DNA of 64,000 bases, from positions 64,001-128,000 of IMG/VR virus record IMGVR_UViG_3300037067_026718, one strand, 5' to 3'. The DNA comes from a virus (Duplodnaviria > Caudoviricetes). The translations under genes and the position numbers were made by a program. The notes beneath the pieces are model-generated. The model did no database searches and was not told the origin of the DNA. It saw only the letters and a program-made list of their open reading frames with translations. Numbering within the stretch: the first letter of the stretch is position 1; each line of letters starts with the position of its first letter. Shown one piece after another: positions 36,504-46,989 of this stretch.

Positions 36504-38350
36504 ACCCTCTCGGCTATTTCCAAAGCTGTATCGATGTTGCCCTGTAACTCATCCAAGCGCTTCTGAAGACCGGCCAGTGCCTGGAACTGCAGAGCCGGAA
36601 GCATGGTTGCCGACCTGGCTCTGGCCAAAGACGCTCCGGCTTCATCCTGATAAAGCTGCTCCACCTGTCTCCTTATACCCTTCGATTCGCCCGGAGCTAT
36701 CTCGTCTTCCCCCATGTTGGATAATACTCCGGAAAGGCATTGGGCGACAGTGCTTCCAGCTACTACCGATTCAATCGTCATCTCGAGAAAGCCAGGGATG
36801 AAACCTGACTCCAGCATCTTCAACGGTGCGCTCCATCCGGCGTTTGCAAGCCACGTAATCACGTAATCGTACTTTTCGTCTTCATACCCGGAGAACCGGT
36901 TCAGCATGTTCTCCATCTGGGCATCCCGATTGGATATGGCATTCACGTCCGTCTTGATCCTGTTGAGCTCGAATGCCCACTGGTCATGCCGCAGGAAGAA
37001 TGAAGAAAGGTCGGCCGTGGTGGCCATCAACCTGGAAAGAATCTGCTGGATCTCCGAAACACTGTAGTTGACTTCGGACAAGGATTTCAACCCGTCGTTG
37101 GGCGTATGGGGATGAATGATGTACGCCAGGTCGGAGGTAGCCTCCTGGTTGGTCGCGTACGAACTCACTCCGAAAGGCTGAGGAAGCTGGCCCAGTGTTT
37201 TGAGCATCATGAACAAGCCTTGCAGCTCGTTACGCCATGCGGCGGAGTGGATGGGAGCGCTCGATCTGCGGTTGTTCTCAACGACGTCCCTCATGTCGGC
37301 CCTGATGTCACTGATCCTTGTTCCAACGAACCACAGGGTATTGTCGCTCAACAGGACATCGAGAGCCAGACCGGTGTACTGATTCGACTGCAGGAACTGC
37401 AGGGCGCCTTCTGCATGGACGATAAGCTCTTTGTAGTACTGCAGCCTGACTGTCGTTTTCAGAAGGCAGTCATACCACTTTTTGAGATCGGTGAGGGTAT
37501 CGCCCAGTCTGTCTATGGAATCCAGGGTCTGCGACAGCTTGGTACGAAAGAAAGCAGGATCCAACGGGTCGAAGGCATGGTCTTTCATGAAGCTGGTGAA
37601 CATGTCGAGAAGGTCACCCACCAGCCCCCGGGGCGCCAGCTTCTGGATGGCCGTCAGGATCCTCCACTGTACCATTTCCAATTGGCTGTTGTCCCATCTG
37701 CCGTAAGCAGCGTTGGTATGGGCTCTGTAGGTTTCCTGTTCTGCCACCCTCAAGTTGAGATCGGCAGCCACTACGGCTTTCACGAATTCTCTCCACCAGT
37801 CGGTTTCCGAAAGATCGTTGATGTCACCCTCGAGGGTGGAGAGCAGATTGCGGATATTCCCAAGGATGATGGTTCTGTTGTGCAGCTCAGTCTGCATCTT
37901 GTTCACCAAAGACTGGACTGCAGCGAGAAGAATGGTCTCGGCATAACGGCATACCATGGTTTTCAGCATGACCCACATGATGTCGCTGAAAGATTTCCCC
38001 TTCGCAGCTTCGGATATCTGGTTTACAGTTCCGGAAGCGAATGAGACAAAATCGTTGATGAGATTCTCGAGGTAATCCTTGGATTCTCCCGCCCACAAAA
38101 GAGGCTGTCTCAGCATGATCTTGCCCAAAGTGATGACACCGTTCAACGCACTTGCCAATGCCTCTTGTATGCCTGCATACCGAGTGGTGGCTGATGAGTA
38201 CAGGGAAGCCACGAAACAGCCATAGAAGCAGGCATCACCCGCTACTTTGGTCATCATCTCAGCTACCTTGCGAAGGTCTCCCCCGACCGGTGGACCGTCG
38301 CAAAGCAAAACTGGTTCTTGGCACTCCGTTGAGACAAGTTCCTCAGACAC
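36497..38350 (-). CDS. Large helical hypothetical protein in the baseplate module
   Basis: 617-aa ORF overlapping both neighbours. Confidence 0.7.
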   Translation of the reverse strand: MSEELVSTECQEPVLLCDGPPVGGDLRKVAEMMTKVAGDACFYGCFVASLYSSATTRYAGIQEALASALNGVITLGKIMLRQPLLWAGESKDYLENLINDFVSFASGTVNQISEAAKGKSFSDIMWVMLKTMVCRYAETILLAAVQSLVNKMQTELHNRTIILGNIRNLLSTLEGDINDLSETDWWREFVKAVVAADLNLRVAEQETYRAHTNAAYGRWDNSQLEMVQWRILTAIQKLAPRGLVGDLLDMFTSFMKDHAFDPLDPAFFRTKLSQTLDSIDRLGDTLTDLKKWYDCLLKTTVRLQYYKELIVHAEGALQFLQSNQYTGLALDVLLSDNTLWFVGTRISDIRADMRDVVENNRRSSAPIHSAAWRNELQGLFMMLKTLGQLPQPFGVSSYATNQEATSDLAYIIHPHTPNDGLKSLSEVNYSVSEIQQILSRLMATTADLSSFFLRHDQWAFELNRIKTDVNAISNRDAQMENMLNRFSGYEDEKYDYVITWLANAGWSAPLKMLESGFIPGFLEMTIESVVAGSTVAQCLSGVLSNMGEDEIAPGESKGIRRQVEQLYQDEAGASLARARSATMLPALQFQALAGLQKRLDELQGNIDTALEIAERVC

Positions 38351-39077
38351 TCCGCAGCCTCGCGCTCCAGTTCTTCCGCCATTTGTAAACGTCTTCGATG
38401 CTCACATTGAGCTTGGCCGCCACCTCGGCCGGCTTCATCTCTTCTCCGCGGTTCATGGCCAGTACGAACAGATCGTACGCCTTGAGTTCCTTGCCACTCA
38501 GCTCCGCCCTGTAGTACCGGAGATTGTCCATGTTCCGGGACCGGATGGCTTCATGGACATTGGCTTCGGTCTCAGCTTCATCTGCTATCGAGCTGATGAG
38601 AGTAGTCGGCTGAATGCCCATGTTGACCCGCTCCACCGTGTCTTCATCAATACCGGTTGCCTTCGAAAGCTCAGTGATGTTCGGATACCGGCCTTTGGCG
38701 GTGAAGAAGTCTTCGTTGGCCTTACTGACCTGACCGAACAGAGATGATACTCCTTCGGGGAGATAGGTCGGGTTCTGCCTGGACGTCACGTATCTCTGCA
38801 GCGGGGCGAGGTTGGACATGACATGAGTGCTGATCTTGGCCTTCTCTGGATCGTACTTTTCCATGGCGCTTCTGGCGAGGATGTACGCTCTTCCCCTGAT
38901 GTCGGACATAGGTACAGGGTATCCTTTGAAACGGCTGATGTAGCTTCGGATCAATGGATCCAAGGACTCTGCCAGGGATTCATAGGCTGTTTCGTCGCCG
39001 CCCTGCCATTGCTGCCACAAAGCGAGCTGATCTTCGTCTCTGGCCATGCTAGAGCTCCTCAGCCTGGGTTGAGCCAT
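38343..39077 (-). CDS. Sigma-70 family factor (SigF/FliA-like, divergent)
   Basis: WQGGDETAYESL, AMEKYDPEKAKISTHV, GRYPNITELSKATG (region 3), PAEVAAKLNVS (region 4). Confidence 0.8.
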   Translation of the reverse strand: MAQPRLRSSSMARDEDQLALWQQWQGGDETAYESLAESLDPLIRSYISRFKGYPVPMSDIRGRAYILARSAMEKYDPEKAKISTHVMSNLAPLQRYVTSRQNPTYLPEGVSSLFGQVSKANEDFFTAKGRYPNITELSKATGIDEDTVERVNMGIQPTTLISSIADEAETEANVHEAIRSRNMDNLRYYRAELSGKELKAYDLFVLAMNRGEEMKPAEVAAKLNVSIEDVYKWRKNWSARLRSV

Positions 39078-41163
39078 TCAAGAGGTTCCTGGTGGCTTCC
39101 TTGACGAGGTTGTCTATATTGTCGCTGTTCAATACCTCGCCGTCGAAATACGTTACGTCCACAGGAACATTCCAATTTTCCTGGAAGAAGGAATATGCTT
39201 CGAAATAGACTTCCTGGCGTTCCCTGATGTAACATCCGGCTATCTTGGCATCGTCGGGGATTTTGTCTCCTATTTCAAGGTCGCCCATGTCCTCGAGGGA
39301 CACCGCCGATGTCCTGATGCTCACCCCGCCAAGGGCGATATTCCCGTCCTGAGACCACTTGCATCTCATGAAATCAGAGAGCCACTGGTTCTTCGTTATG
39401 GGTGTTCTTCTTCCATATGCCCGGGCAAAGGCGAACTTGTTCGGAGACAGGTTATACATCTCATAGAGCTTGTCGGTGGCGTTCTTTATCGCCAAAGGAT
39501 CGGCCTTGGCGGCCCGTAGGTCTTCATCGCTCATGTCTGCCACCAGAAGATGGGCCAGGATGGAAAGGTCGCTGTAGGTATCTTCAGCTTCCCTGCTTCT
39601 GGGTATCTCGTCTTCGAAGGGCAGGCCGACCAACCGAGGGTACAGGTAAGACCCGATATGCTCGGGAGCGAAGAACCTGTGTTCAAGCCAGGCGCCGCCT
39701 TCATTTGCGGTGACTGGTTCCTGATAAGGCCGCATGCCGTCGAAGTGATAGTCTGTCCTCTGGCTGCTGCCAGCGACATAAGACATCGTCACCCCTGCGA
39801 GACGTCCGATTTTATGCTGACCGTTCCTGGCGAGGACAAGAGATGGAAACCCGGGGACAACCGAGAAATTGAGGAAGTTGCTTGAAAGAGAAGTGTGATG
39901 GACGTGCTGGGCCTTGTAATACTGCAGCTCCATGTACTGCTTGATGTATTCACTGCCCATGTCGCCCACGTACTCAGGACGGTTGAGCGATGCGTTGTGG
40001 TGGACTACTCCTGAATAACGCTCCTGGGGCAGATTGAAGTAACGGCCTTTCTTCTTCTCGGAGACATTCTCGCCTTCGGTCGCCTTGATGCCGTCCTCGA
40101 GTTCCTGGGGAAGGATTATGGTGGTCTGAGTAGAGCTGTTGGTCTGCAGGCCTCCGCGTCCTCCCACCCGGGCGATCATCCTCGTGGGGATCTCTCCAAA
40201 ATCGATGCTGTGCTGCCAATCCTGGTAGTCGCACGTGAAGATCACGTTGAACCTCGGGGGAGGCGACAACTGCCCTATGTCTGGCATCATGAGAAGGTCA
40301 CCGACCAACACATCGTATGGATTCTCGAGTACTACTTCATTGATCGTCTTCTCTTCGCTGTCGAACTTGGGATTAAGGAATGACGGACAGGGGATATTCA
40401 ATACTTCGTAATCGAGGAGCTGGAGAATAGTAAAAAGGAGCTGGGACACCGGCGCCGTACCGGTCATCTTGTTGACGGTCTTCTCCAGGATCTTTTCAAG
40501 CCTTGAGCCTTCGAAATACCCCAGAGCTTTGGGGTTTGATACGATGTTGATCCTTCTCTCGAGGCGCTGAAGCCTCCAGAGTATGTGAAGCCGCTCGGTG
40601 GTATTCAGGCCGGCATCTTTCAGGATATCCATCAAACCCTCGGCCAAACCCTTTTCTTTGAGCTTGGCAGACAGGTCGCTGTAGGAAAGCGTACCGAGCT
40701 GGTCTTTCCAGTCGGAGGTTTCCAGCCCCATGCTGCTCCCGCGGTCTACCATGTAACGATGGCACTCGCTCATGAAGTTGGCACTCCCGGCGGCTGTAAT
40801 AGTCATGAGATGCTGGGGGCCCACATGGGATTGAGTGACTTTCCCGAACAGACGGCCTTCCACTACGAACTGGTCTATATCAGTCAAATCGTCATAGGCG
40901 AAGATCTGAACGTATGTATCGGGCTGAACTCCCTTGAGGTCGATGTCATTCAGAATGGTCAGGCCTTGATCATCAACGCCGCCATCCACGCTTTTGAAAA
41001 CACGATGCGAAATGGGGTCCAACAGAGGAACATACGGAAGAGTCAGGCTGATGACGGCCGGCGAATCGACTTTGAATGAAAACTGGGCCATCAGAACAGG
41101 TAGAGGCACTCCTTCCAAAAGCGCAGTGAGCCGGATATTCGGACTAAACTCAGCCTGGCTCAT
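39049..41163 (-). CDS. Baseplate hub-like protein
   Basis: Start at ATG 41163 (TGATG coupling); LEGVPLPV.., PPRFNVIF, VVPGFP.LV; position after the tape measure. Confidence 0.6.
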   Translation of the reverse strand: MSQAEFSPNIRLTALLEGVPLPVLMAQFSFKVDSPAVISLTLPYVPLLDPISHRVFKSVDGGVDDQGLTILNDIDLKGVQPDTYVQIFAYDDLTDIDQFVVEGRLFGKVTQSHVGPQHLMTITAAGSANFMSECHRYMVDRGSSMGLETSDWKDQLGTLSYSDLSAKLKEKGLAEGLMDILKDAGLNTTERLHILWRLQRLERRINIVSNPKALGYFEGSRLEKILEKTVNKMTGTAPVSQLLFTILQLLDYEVLNIPCPSFLNPKFDSEEKTINEVVLENPYDVLVGDLLMMPDIGQLSPPPRFNVIFTCDYQDWQHSIDFGEIPTRMIARVGGRGGLQTNSSTQTTIILPQELEDGIKATEGENVSEKKKGRYFNLPQERYSGVVHHNASLNRPEYVGDMGSEYIKQYMELQYYKAQHVHHTSLSSNFLNFSVVPGFPSLVLARNGQHKIGRLAGVTMSYVAGSSQRTDYHFDGMRPYQEPVTANEGGAWLEHRFFAPEHIGSYLYPRLVGLPFEDEIPRSREAEDTYSDLSILAHLLVADMSDEDLRAAKADPLAIKNATDKLYEMYNLSPNKFAFARAYGRRTPITKNQWLSDFMRCKWSQDGNIALGGVSIRTSAVSLEDMGDLEIGDKIPDDAKIAGCYIRERQEVYFEAYSFFQENWNVPVDVTYFDGEVLNSDNIDNLVKEATRNLLNGSTQAEEL

Positions 41164-42371
41164 CAGGATTCTCCCTGCAAAGCATCCGAAGCAGCAGCGG
41201 ATACCACTTCTCCCGCTGCTTCTGCATCCGTGGCGGAGCCTTCCGGATCCAACGGCTTCGATGGAAGGGCATACTCTACTCCGGTCTGGAGCAATCCCTG
41301 GGTGTCGGCCGACCCCACCAATTTTCCGATCTGCCCGTAGAACTGCTCGGAAGTTCCTTTGAACCGTTGGAAGTTCTGTCCGTTCTGAGAATAGACATTC
41401 ATTCTCGGCAATGGGATGCGATCGGTTATGTACATCTGGAAGCTGAATGGAACCTCCGGCTCTCTGACGGCGTTTTCGAACAGGTTCAAATTGAGAAGAT
41501 AGCCGCCGATGATGGTCGCCTTGTAGAGAATGTAGACTCTCCACTTCCTTCTGGCCAAAACGCTGCCTCGAGCCAGTTTGTCGTAGACTTGTTCCCATGA
41601 CCGCATCCAGTCGAAGTTCTGGCAGTCTATGAGTTTACCGGAGACGGTGGATACCTGGGGGCCTTCTTCACTGAACGATCCTACGTATCCTTCCGTGGAG
41701 CGTGTGAAGTTGACGCTTTCCTTCCTGGAGCTTTGAATGTCTTCTATCGATATGTTGGTAGTGGCGTAGATGACTTCGCCATCGATGCTCATGATCCTGA
41801 ATGTGGCGTAGCGTTCCGGATGCATGGCGATGCCGCCGTGGATACCGGGACGACGAGCCGGAAGGAAACCGGCCTGAACGGCGTAGTAGATGTCGAATTT
41901 TCTCTGGTCGACTTCGGGGCCTTCATAAAGGTTACCGGCAATAAGCTCGGGATCCAAGGCTCTTATGCCTCCAGGGCCTCCGCTGCCGCCCAAGGATCCA
42001 CCTTCGACAGTGTAAGCTTCTCTTGGATATATATAAGTTCTATCTTGCCTTATCTGCTGGTCCGTTATTATATATTCTAACCCTTGGTCAACAAGATAAT
42101 CATACATAAGACCATTACCAACGGAATTTGAATGCCGATATTCGCTTGTTTGAAAAAGCATTCCAAGTATAGGAGGTGATGAAAAAAGGGCGTCTATGTT
42201 GTCCTGATGAGTAAGAGTGTCATTGACAAGAGTACCAGCGGATTGTCTAACCGTCAGCCTGCCAATAATCGCATCTTTACATTGCAGTTCTGATAGGTTG
42301 GAACCGGCTGGTACAGAGATGCTGCTTACTTGCTGGTCTATAAAGCCTGTTATATTTCCAAATATTGACAT
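41163..42371 (-). CDS. Tail tube initiator/baseplate-proximal protein
   Basis: Position; beta-rich C-terminal half (IIGGYLLNL..VPFSFQMYI). Confidence 0.5.
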   Translation of the reverse strand: MSIFGNITGFIDQQVSSISVPAGSNLSELQCKDAIIGRLTVRQSAGTLVNDTLTHQDNIDALFSSPPILGMLFQTSEYRHSNSVGNGLMYDYLVDQGLEYIITDQQIRQDRTYIYPREAYTVEGGSLGGSGGPGGIRALDPELIAGNLYEGPEVDQRKFDIYYAVQAGFLPARRPGIHGGIAMHPERYATFRIMSIDGEVIYATTNISIEDIQSSRKESVNFTRSTEGYVGSFSEEGPQVSTVSGKLIDCQNFDWMRSWEQVYDKLARGSVLARRKWRVYILYKATIIGGYLLNLNLFENAVREPEVPFSFQMYITDRIPLPRMNVYSQNGQNFQRFKGTSEQFYGQIGKLVGSADTQGLLQTGVEYALPSKPLDPEGSATDAEAAGEVVSAAASDALQGES

Positions 42372-45300
42372 TAACTTCCTCCCACGAATCTTCTTATTAC
42401 TCCCATTGCTCCGCCAACGCCGCTGTCATTAGTAGGAGGTGACCAACCCGGGAGAAATCCTTCGTCCCAGTTCACTATGTACGAAAACACAGCATCACCG
42501 CGAGATGTTCCTCTGGGCGCTCCATCGGTTCCCGGTCCTTCTGTCAGCCTGAATTGGCCTGGCCTGAGAGGCGTCTCTACGTTCTCACTGGGCTGCAGTT
42601 GAATGTTGAAATGTTCCTGGGCCTGGGCATGAGTAATAAATCCGCCTTCTTTTTCCAAAAGGTCCATCAAGCCGGAAGGAAGATCTGCTGCAGCAATCGT
42701 TGCTTTTGCGCTGGCGTCCAGATTATTGTACCCTCCAGGCGCGAACATTGCATTCGCCATGTCTTCTGTTATTCCCGAATTGGATGTTGTGATCCCCGCC
42801 ACTATTTCAGAACGAGCTTGTATAAGGTCAGCAGAGCTGCTTGCCACTACAGCCCCGGCAAAGCCTTCTCCTGGAAGAACTTGACCGCCAAGAGCCTGGA
42901 TAGCGGCTCCTTTGTCTATGTAAGCGGAATGGATCCCCTGGTCGAACGAAGAATTCTCGTTACGCTCCATCTCGTTTACAAGCGCCCTGGTCTGCTCCAA
43001 CTGCTGATTTTCTGCTTCAGTCCTGTTGCTCTTGGATTCCAGAATATTCATGGTCTCGTAAGCAAACCCATATCTACTGAGTTCCTGGACCTGATCCTCA
43101 CTGAGCCCCATGACCTGCGTGGTACGGTTAAACTGGGCTACTGCGCCTTGATCTACTCCAGTCAGTCTGGCTTCAGTGCTTTGGTCAACGGCCTGTCTCG
43201 CAGTTGCCGCCAGATTTTCTGCTCCAGCAGCCACTACGTCGTCATCGAAGTTGCCCCATTCAGGGAAGTTGGAACCGATGTAGTAATTGACAGCTCTCTG
43301 CGTATTGGGATCCAATGCATCCCAGCTTTTGTTATAAAGCTGTTGTACATAGGCTTCTACAGCGGCGAATCTTTCATTTGGATCGCCTGAGCTTCTACCC
43401 CTGGTAGCGGCATCCCATGCTCCTGCGTTGTTCGAATCTATGGTTCTTCTCTTGAGATCATTCCATTCCGGATCGCCTGAGGTAATGATTTCTGAAACGC
43501 TCTGCATGGCTTCCGGAGTGTACTGCTGCTGAGCAAACTCCAAGGACCTCTGCGCTTGTGTGAAAGCAAACCCGGCGCCTTCATCGTTACCTATAACGCC
43601 CAACTGACCTCTGGTATTCAAAGCATCAAGGATAAGAGCATCATCACGGGACGCTCCGAACCAACCACCAGGAGCAAATGCCTGCTCTTGAGCCACTGAC
43701 CGGTCATTCAGATCTTCCAAAACTTCACCAAGCGGTGCATCCGTTCCATTTAGAACATAATTGACAGCGGATCCTGCCGTTATTGTTTCAGTAGATGTAA
43801 AACGACTGTTGAAAATAGATTGAACATTGTTTGCCCCTTGTTCCAATCCAAGGATTCTCATTACAGAATCATTAGCATCTACTCCCCATTTCACTAACCC
43901 AGTAACCTGTGAATCAACCCAACGCCCTGCTCCGCCTATGGTGCTCAGAATAGAGGAGTTTCTCACCCGCTCAGACCATGGTTGTCCTGCTGCCAACTGT
44001 CCGGACTGCAGACCAGGCCACATATCTGCATATACTTCAAAAGCGCTTTTTTCTCTCGTAACATTCGCTACAATCTGGCCGTCTTCAACGCCGAAACCAT
44101 TGATCACGGACTGAGCCTGACTGGTATCACCAAACCCTGTACCCATGGTATTGGTGGATCCAACGCCGGCAAACGGCTGCAGTAATTCCATCGCTTCATC
44201 TGAAGTCATCGTTCCATCTGATACCCATCTGTTGGCGCTGCGGAGAAGCATTACGGCATCCATGGAATTGTTGCCCATATATCCCGCTGCTCCTGCTTCA
44301 CCAGCCTGAAGTGCGGGAAGATAGTCTGCTGCTCCAGCATAAGCAGGATCAGCCATCTTCATCAATAGATCGGTAGCATATGATCCTTCTACAGCCTGAA
44401 GATCCAACTGAGAAGCAGTGAATCCAGCCCCGGACACAGTGCTCATGGCCGATGATACCATCAAGTCCCGGGCGATCATGGATTCTTCCCGCAAAGCCCG
44501 GTTATGGAAGGCTCCCTGAGCGGTAGCCAATGTCGCACGTATATCGTACGAAGGGTCGGTCCGTGCTCTGTAATTGTCAATGTTGGCGAGGGCAGCAGCA
44601 GGGCTGTCGTAAATGCCTTGGTCGGCCAGCTCAATGGACTGGGCAATGGGGTCGTCTATATCCCGTCTCTCGAGGCCTCCCAACAACTGGCCTACATAAG
44701 CGTCCCCCCATTGATCAGGCATCTGTGAGGCTTGTATGGCGCCTCTATGACGGGCAAGCAGACGGTCCTCTCTTGACATGCCTTCGAGAGTAGTCCCGAC
44801 CGACTCCGGCCTTTTTTCACCGGAGAGGATTTCGTCCATCCCGCCGGCGCCCGAAACACCCATCCATCCCAGCATGAAAGGATCTGCCATGAAAGCAGCT
44901 CCCCGGGCTTCATAACCAAGGCCTACTTCTTCGAATCCACCTGCCTGGTTCCATGCTGTCTGAGATCCAGAGGCTCTGTAAACCATGTCACTGTTGGCTA
45001 TGTTGGTGGCGATGGATGTAACCACGTCAATGTTTCTTAAACCCATCCCGTTCCATGGTCCCATCGCTTCAAGAGATTCGGACAGCAGCCGCTCTCCCGG
45101 AATTCCAGAAGCCTGAGAAAGATTTTGGATACCCGAGATGAAGCCGCCCATCTCACCAAAGGTGATACCGGTACCGGCCGATATAAGGGATTGACCGTAC
45201 TGGCCCATTTCTTCGATCCCCATGCCGGTCTGTCTGAAGAACTCCTTGAACTTCTCAAGAGTGGCCAAGGTCTTTTCTATGCGGTCGTCGAGCGATGACA

Positions 45301-45913
45301 GGTCGTCAAACTCGCCCAACTGGCTCATGGTTTGCATCATGCGGCCAAATTCTACGCCTTGGAATCCGCCTTCCTGCATTCTCGCATAGATGTCCTCACC
45401 GTAACCCTGGGCATCAGCCCTTGTGATGGATCTCGACTGACCAAAGGTGCGGGGGCCTTCGTAAGCGAACTGATGCACTGCAGAACCTATCAAGCCCTCC
45501 ATCTGGCTGTCCCATGTTGCCACCGGCGGCTGGTCAAGAACACCGAGATCTTCAGCAATACCTTTCATCAAAGCATCGGCAGCAACAAAAATGGGCAGAG
45601 ACAAGATACCTCCGCCGGCGAAAGCGCTGACCGCTCCTGCCGCCAACCCTGTAGTGAGCTCGAGCATGAGTTCTTTGTCCTGCCTTGCCAGCGCTGCTTC
45701 GCGCATGGCACTGGAAGCCTCCAAAGCTCCTATGAGCTCCATGGATGGCATCATATTGGACTGGTATGATTCGGTGCGCGAACTCTGATATGGGTTCTGG
45801 GGACGTATGATGTTTTCCGCCGGGGCCATCTGGTCGTTGGCCATCGCGGAAGAACTGTAAAGATCCTGACTCACCCGATTAAGCTCTGAGCCCATTGGGT
45901 AGGTATCAGCCAC
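42371..45913 (-). CDS. Tape measure protein
   Basis: 1180 aa, Ala/Gly/Gln-rich and helical, directly after the chaperone pair. Confidence 0.75.
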   Translation of the reverse strand: MADTYPMGSELNRVSQDLYSSSAMANDQMAPAENIIRPQNPYQSSRTESYQSNMMPSMELIGALEASSAMREAALARQDKELMLELTTGLAAGAVSAFAGGGILSLPIFVAADALMKGIAEDLGVLDQPPVATWDSQMEGLIGSAVHQFAYEGPRTFGQSRSITRADAQGYGEDIYARMQEGGFQGVEFGRMMQTMSQLGEFDDLSSLDDRIEKTLATLEKFKEFFRQTGMGIEEMGQYGQSLISAGTGITFGEMGGFISGIQNLSQASGIPGERLLSESLEAMGPWNGMGLRNIDVVTSIATNIANSDMVYRASGSQTAWNQAGGFEEVGLGYEARGAAFMADPFMLGWMGVSGAGGMDEILSGEKRPESVGTTLEGMSREDRLLARHRGAIQASQMPDQWGDAYVGQLLGGLERRDIDDPIAQSIELADQGIYDSPAAALANIDNYRARTDPSYDIRATLATAQGAFHNRALREESMIARDLMVSSAMSTVSGAGFTASQLDLQAVEGSYATDLLMKMADPAYAGAADYLPALQAGEAGAAGYMGNNSMDAVMLLRSANRWVSDGTMTSDEAMELLQPFAGVGSTNTMGTGFGDTSQAQSVINGFGVEDGQIVANVTREKSAFEVYADMWPGLQSGQLAAGQPWSERVRNSSILSTIGGAGRWVDSQVTGLVKWGVDANDSVMRILGLEQGANNVQSIFNSRFTSTETITAGSAVNYVLNGTDAPLGEVLEDLNDRSVAQEQAFAPGGWFGASRDDALILDALNTRGQLGVIGNDEGAGFAFTQAQRSLEFAQQQYTPEAMQSVSEIITSGDPEWNDLKRRTIDSNNAGAWDAATRGRSSGDPNERFAAVEAYVQQLYNKSWDALDPNTQRAVNYYIGSNFPEWGNFDDDVVAAGAENLAATARQAVDQSTEARLTGVDQGAVAQFNRTTQVMGLSEDQVQELSRYGFAYETMNILESKSNRTEAENQQLEQTRALVNEMERNENSSFDQGIHSAYIDKGAAIQALGGQVLPGEGFAGAVVASSSADLIQARSEIVAGITTSNSGITEDMANAMFAPGGYNNLDASAKATIAAADLPSGLMDLLEKEGGFITHAQAQEHFNIQLQPSENVETPLRPGQFRLTEGPGTDGAPRGTSRGDAVFSYIVNWDEGFLPGWSPPTNDSGVGGAMGVIRRFVGGS

Positions 45914-46298
45914 TTGGTTTTTCCTCTCTCCATTCCTTTATTATACGCGAAGCCTCTCCGGGTTCAAGCCTCTGGAACGGAGGTAGTCCACCTTCAAGCG
46001 GTGCGTTCAATCCCTTGATCCTTATGTTTCTTCCCATGAGGTTGGAATTGAGCACGGCATTCGTAAGCTCTGTCGCCGATATAATGTAAGAAGTCCATGG
46101 CATAAACTTCTCTCTGACTGTCGCTTCCAGCTCTGGAGTCATCCTGGGGCTTGCAGACATAGCCTTGACATACTCCCTCTCCTGGTATTTCTGCGTGGCA
46201 AAGACAGCAAATTTGAGCTGGAGATCGTTGTCTATCCCTGATCTTCCCCCGCGGTATTCTTCTCCAAGGTAGAATCCGTACGGGGTTCGGAGAAAAAA
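45906..46298 (-). CDS. Tail assembly chaperone, -1 frameshift extension (GT-like)
   Basis: Frame entered at the slippery T TTT TTC heptamer; ends overlapping the tape-measure start. Confidence 0.65.
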   Translation of the reverse strand, partial: FFLRTPYGFYLGEEYRGGRSGIDNDLQLKFAVFATQKYQEREYVKAMSASPRMTPELEATVREKFMPWTSYIISATELTNAVLNSNLMGRNIRIKGLNAPLEGGLPPFQRLEPGEASRIIKEWREEKPSG

Positions 46299-46867
46299 TC
46301 GAGTGCCTTCACCTTGAAAAGGGACTCGATCTTGCTCATGAAGGCGCCGAGAACTGCAAAAGCGTTTCTCTTGAGCTCGGGATGCCATTCATCGGCGATG
46401 ACCTTGGCGGTGTCGTTCAGCTTCGCAACGAAGTCAATACCGGCCTTGGGATCCGATCCGGCGGCAGGAATTGCCGGGACTTCTACCAGAACGTCATTGA
46501 TCTTTCTCAGAGACAAGGCCATGATGTAGATCATTTCGGCCTGTCCATCTATCTCCAGCTTGGACCCCGGGATAATGTTTTTGGTATCGGGATCAAAAAC
46601 ATCTTTGTAGTTGGTGATGGCCAAGCGCCTGGCTGCAGTGAACTCTTTTCCGAAGAGCGACTGAAACTCCATGGTGGTGCTTTTGGCAACCATCTGGTCT
46701 CCGCTGTAAACGCGCTGTCCGGTGAGTATTTTGGCAATAGCCTGGTTTTCTTCATCAGTGTTCGTGTCTTCTGCTTTTTTTGATGCCACGTCCTTACTGA
46801 CGGCTGCAAGGGCATCCCTTAGAGGCAACCCCGACGCCAGCAGGCTGGTCTTACCAAGTTCCGGCAT
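46232..46867 (-). CDS. Tail assembly chaperone (G-like)
   Basis: Between tube and tape measure; start MPELGK with GGGAGGG RBS. Confidence 0.7.
   Translation of the reverse strand: MPELGKTSLLASGLPLRDALAAVSKDVASKKAEDTNTDEENQAIAKILTGQRVYSGDQMVAKSTTMEFQSLFGKEFTAARRLAITNYKDVFDPDTKNIIPGSKLEIDGQAEMIYIMALSLRKINDVLVEVPAIPAAGSDPKAGIDFVAKLNDTAKVIADEWHPELKRNAFAVLGAFMSKIESLFKVKALDFFSEPRTDSTLEKNTAGEDQG
46292..46298 (-). other. -1 programmed frameshift slippery site TTTTTTC
   Basis: GAT TTT TTC in frame 0; the -1 frame is open to 45906. Confidence 0.65.
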
Positions 46868-46989
46868 AATCCCTCCCTGTGTTGAAAGTGCAAGGGTAAG
46901 ATGGTCGTTAAGCAAGGGAGAGTCAATGAGGTAAGTAAAAAAAAAGAGACAACCTGCTTCCAGGTACCTGTACTGTTATCTTATCTATC

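Noticed and set aside
41164-41598. 5' extension of the 849-aa hub ORF; similar extensions at 27033-27242, 30538-30654, 17315-17410, 9241-9396 and 54554-54589
   Set aside because: They overlap upstream genes or regulatory DNA; better starts with RBS or stop-start coupling lie downstream.
42030-44350. AT-richer patches in the tape measure and the next gene as possible mobile inserts
   Set aside because: The frames stay open and no element boundaries or motifs are visible; at most this is mosaic exchange, which I did not quantify.
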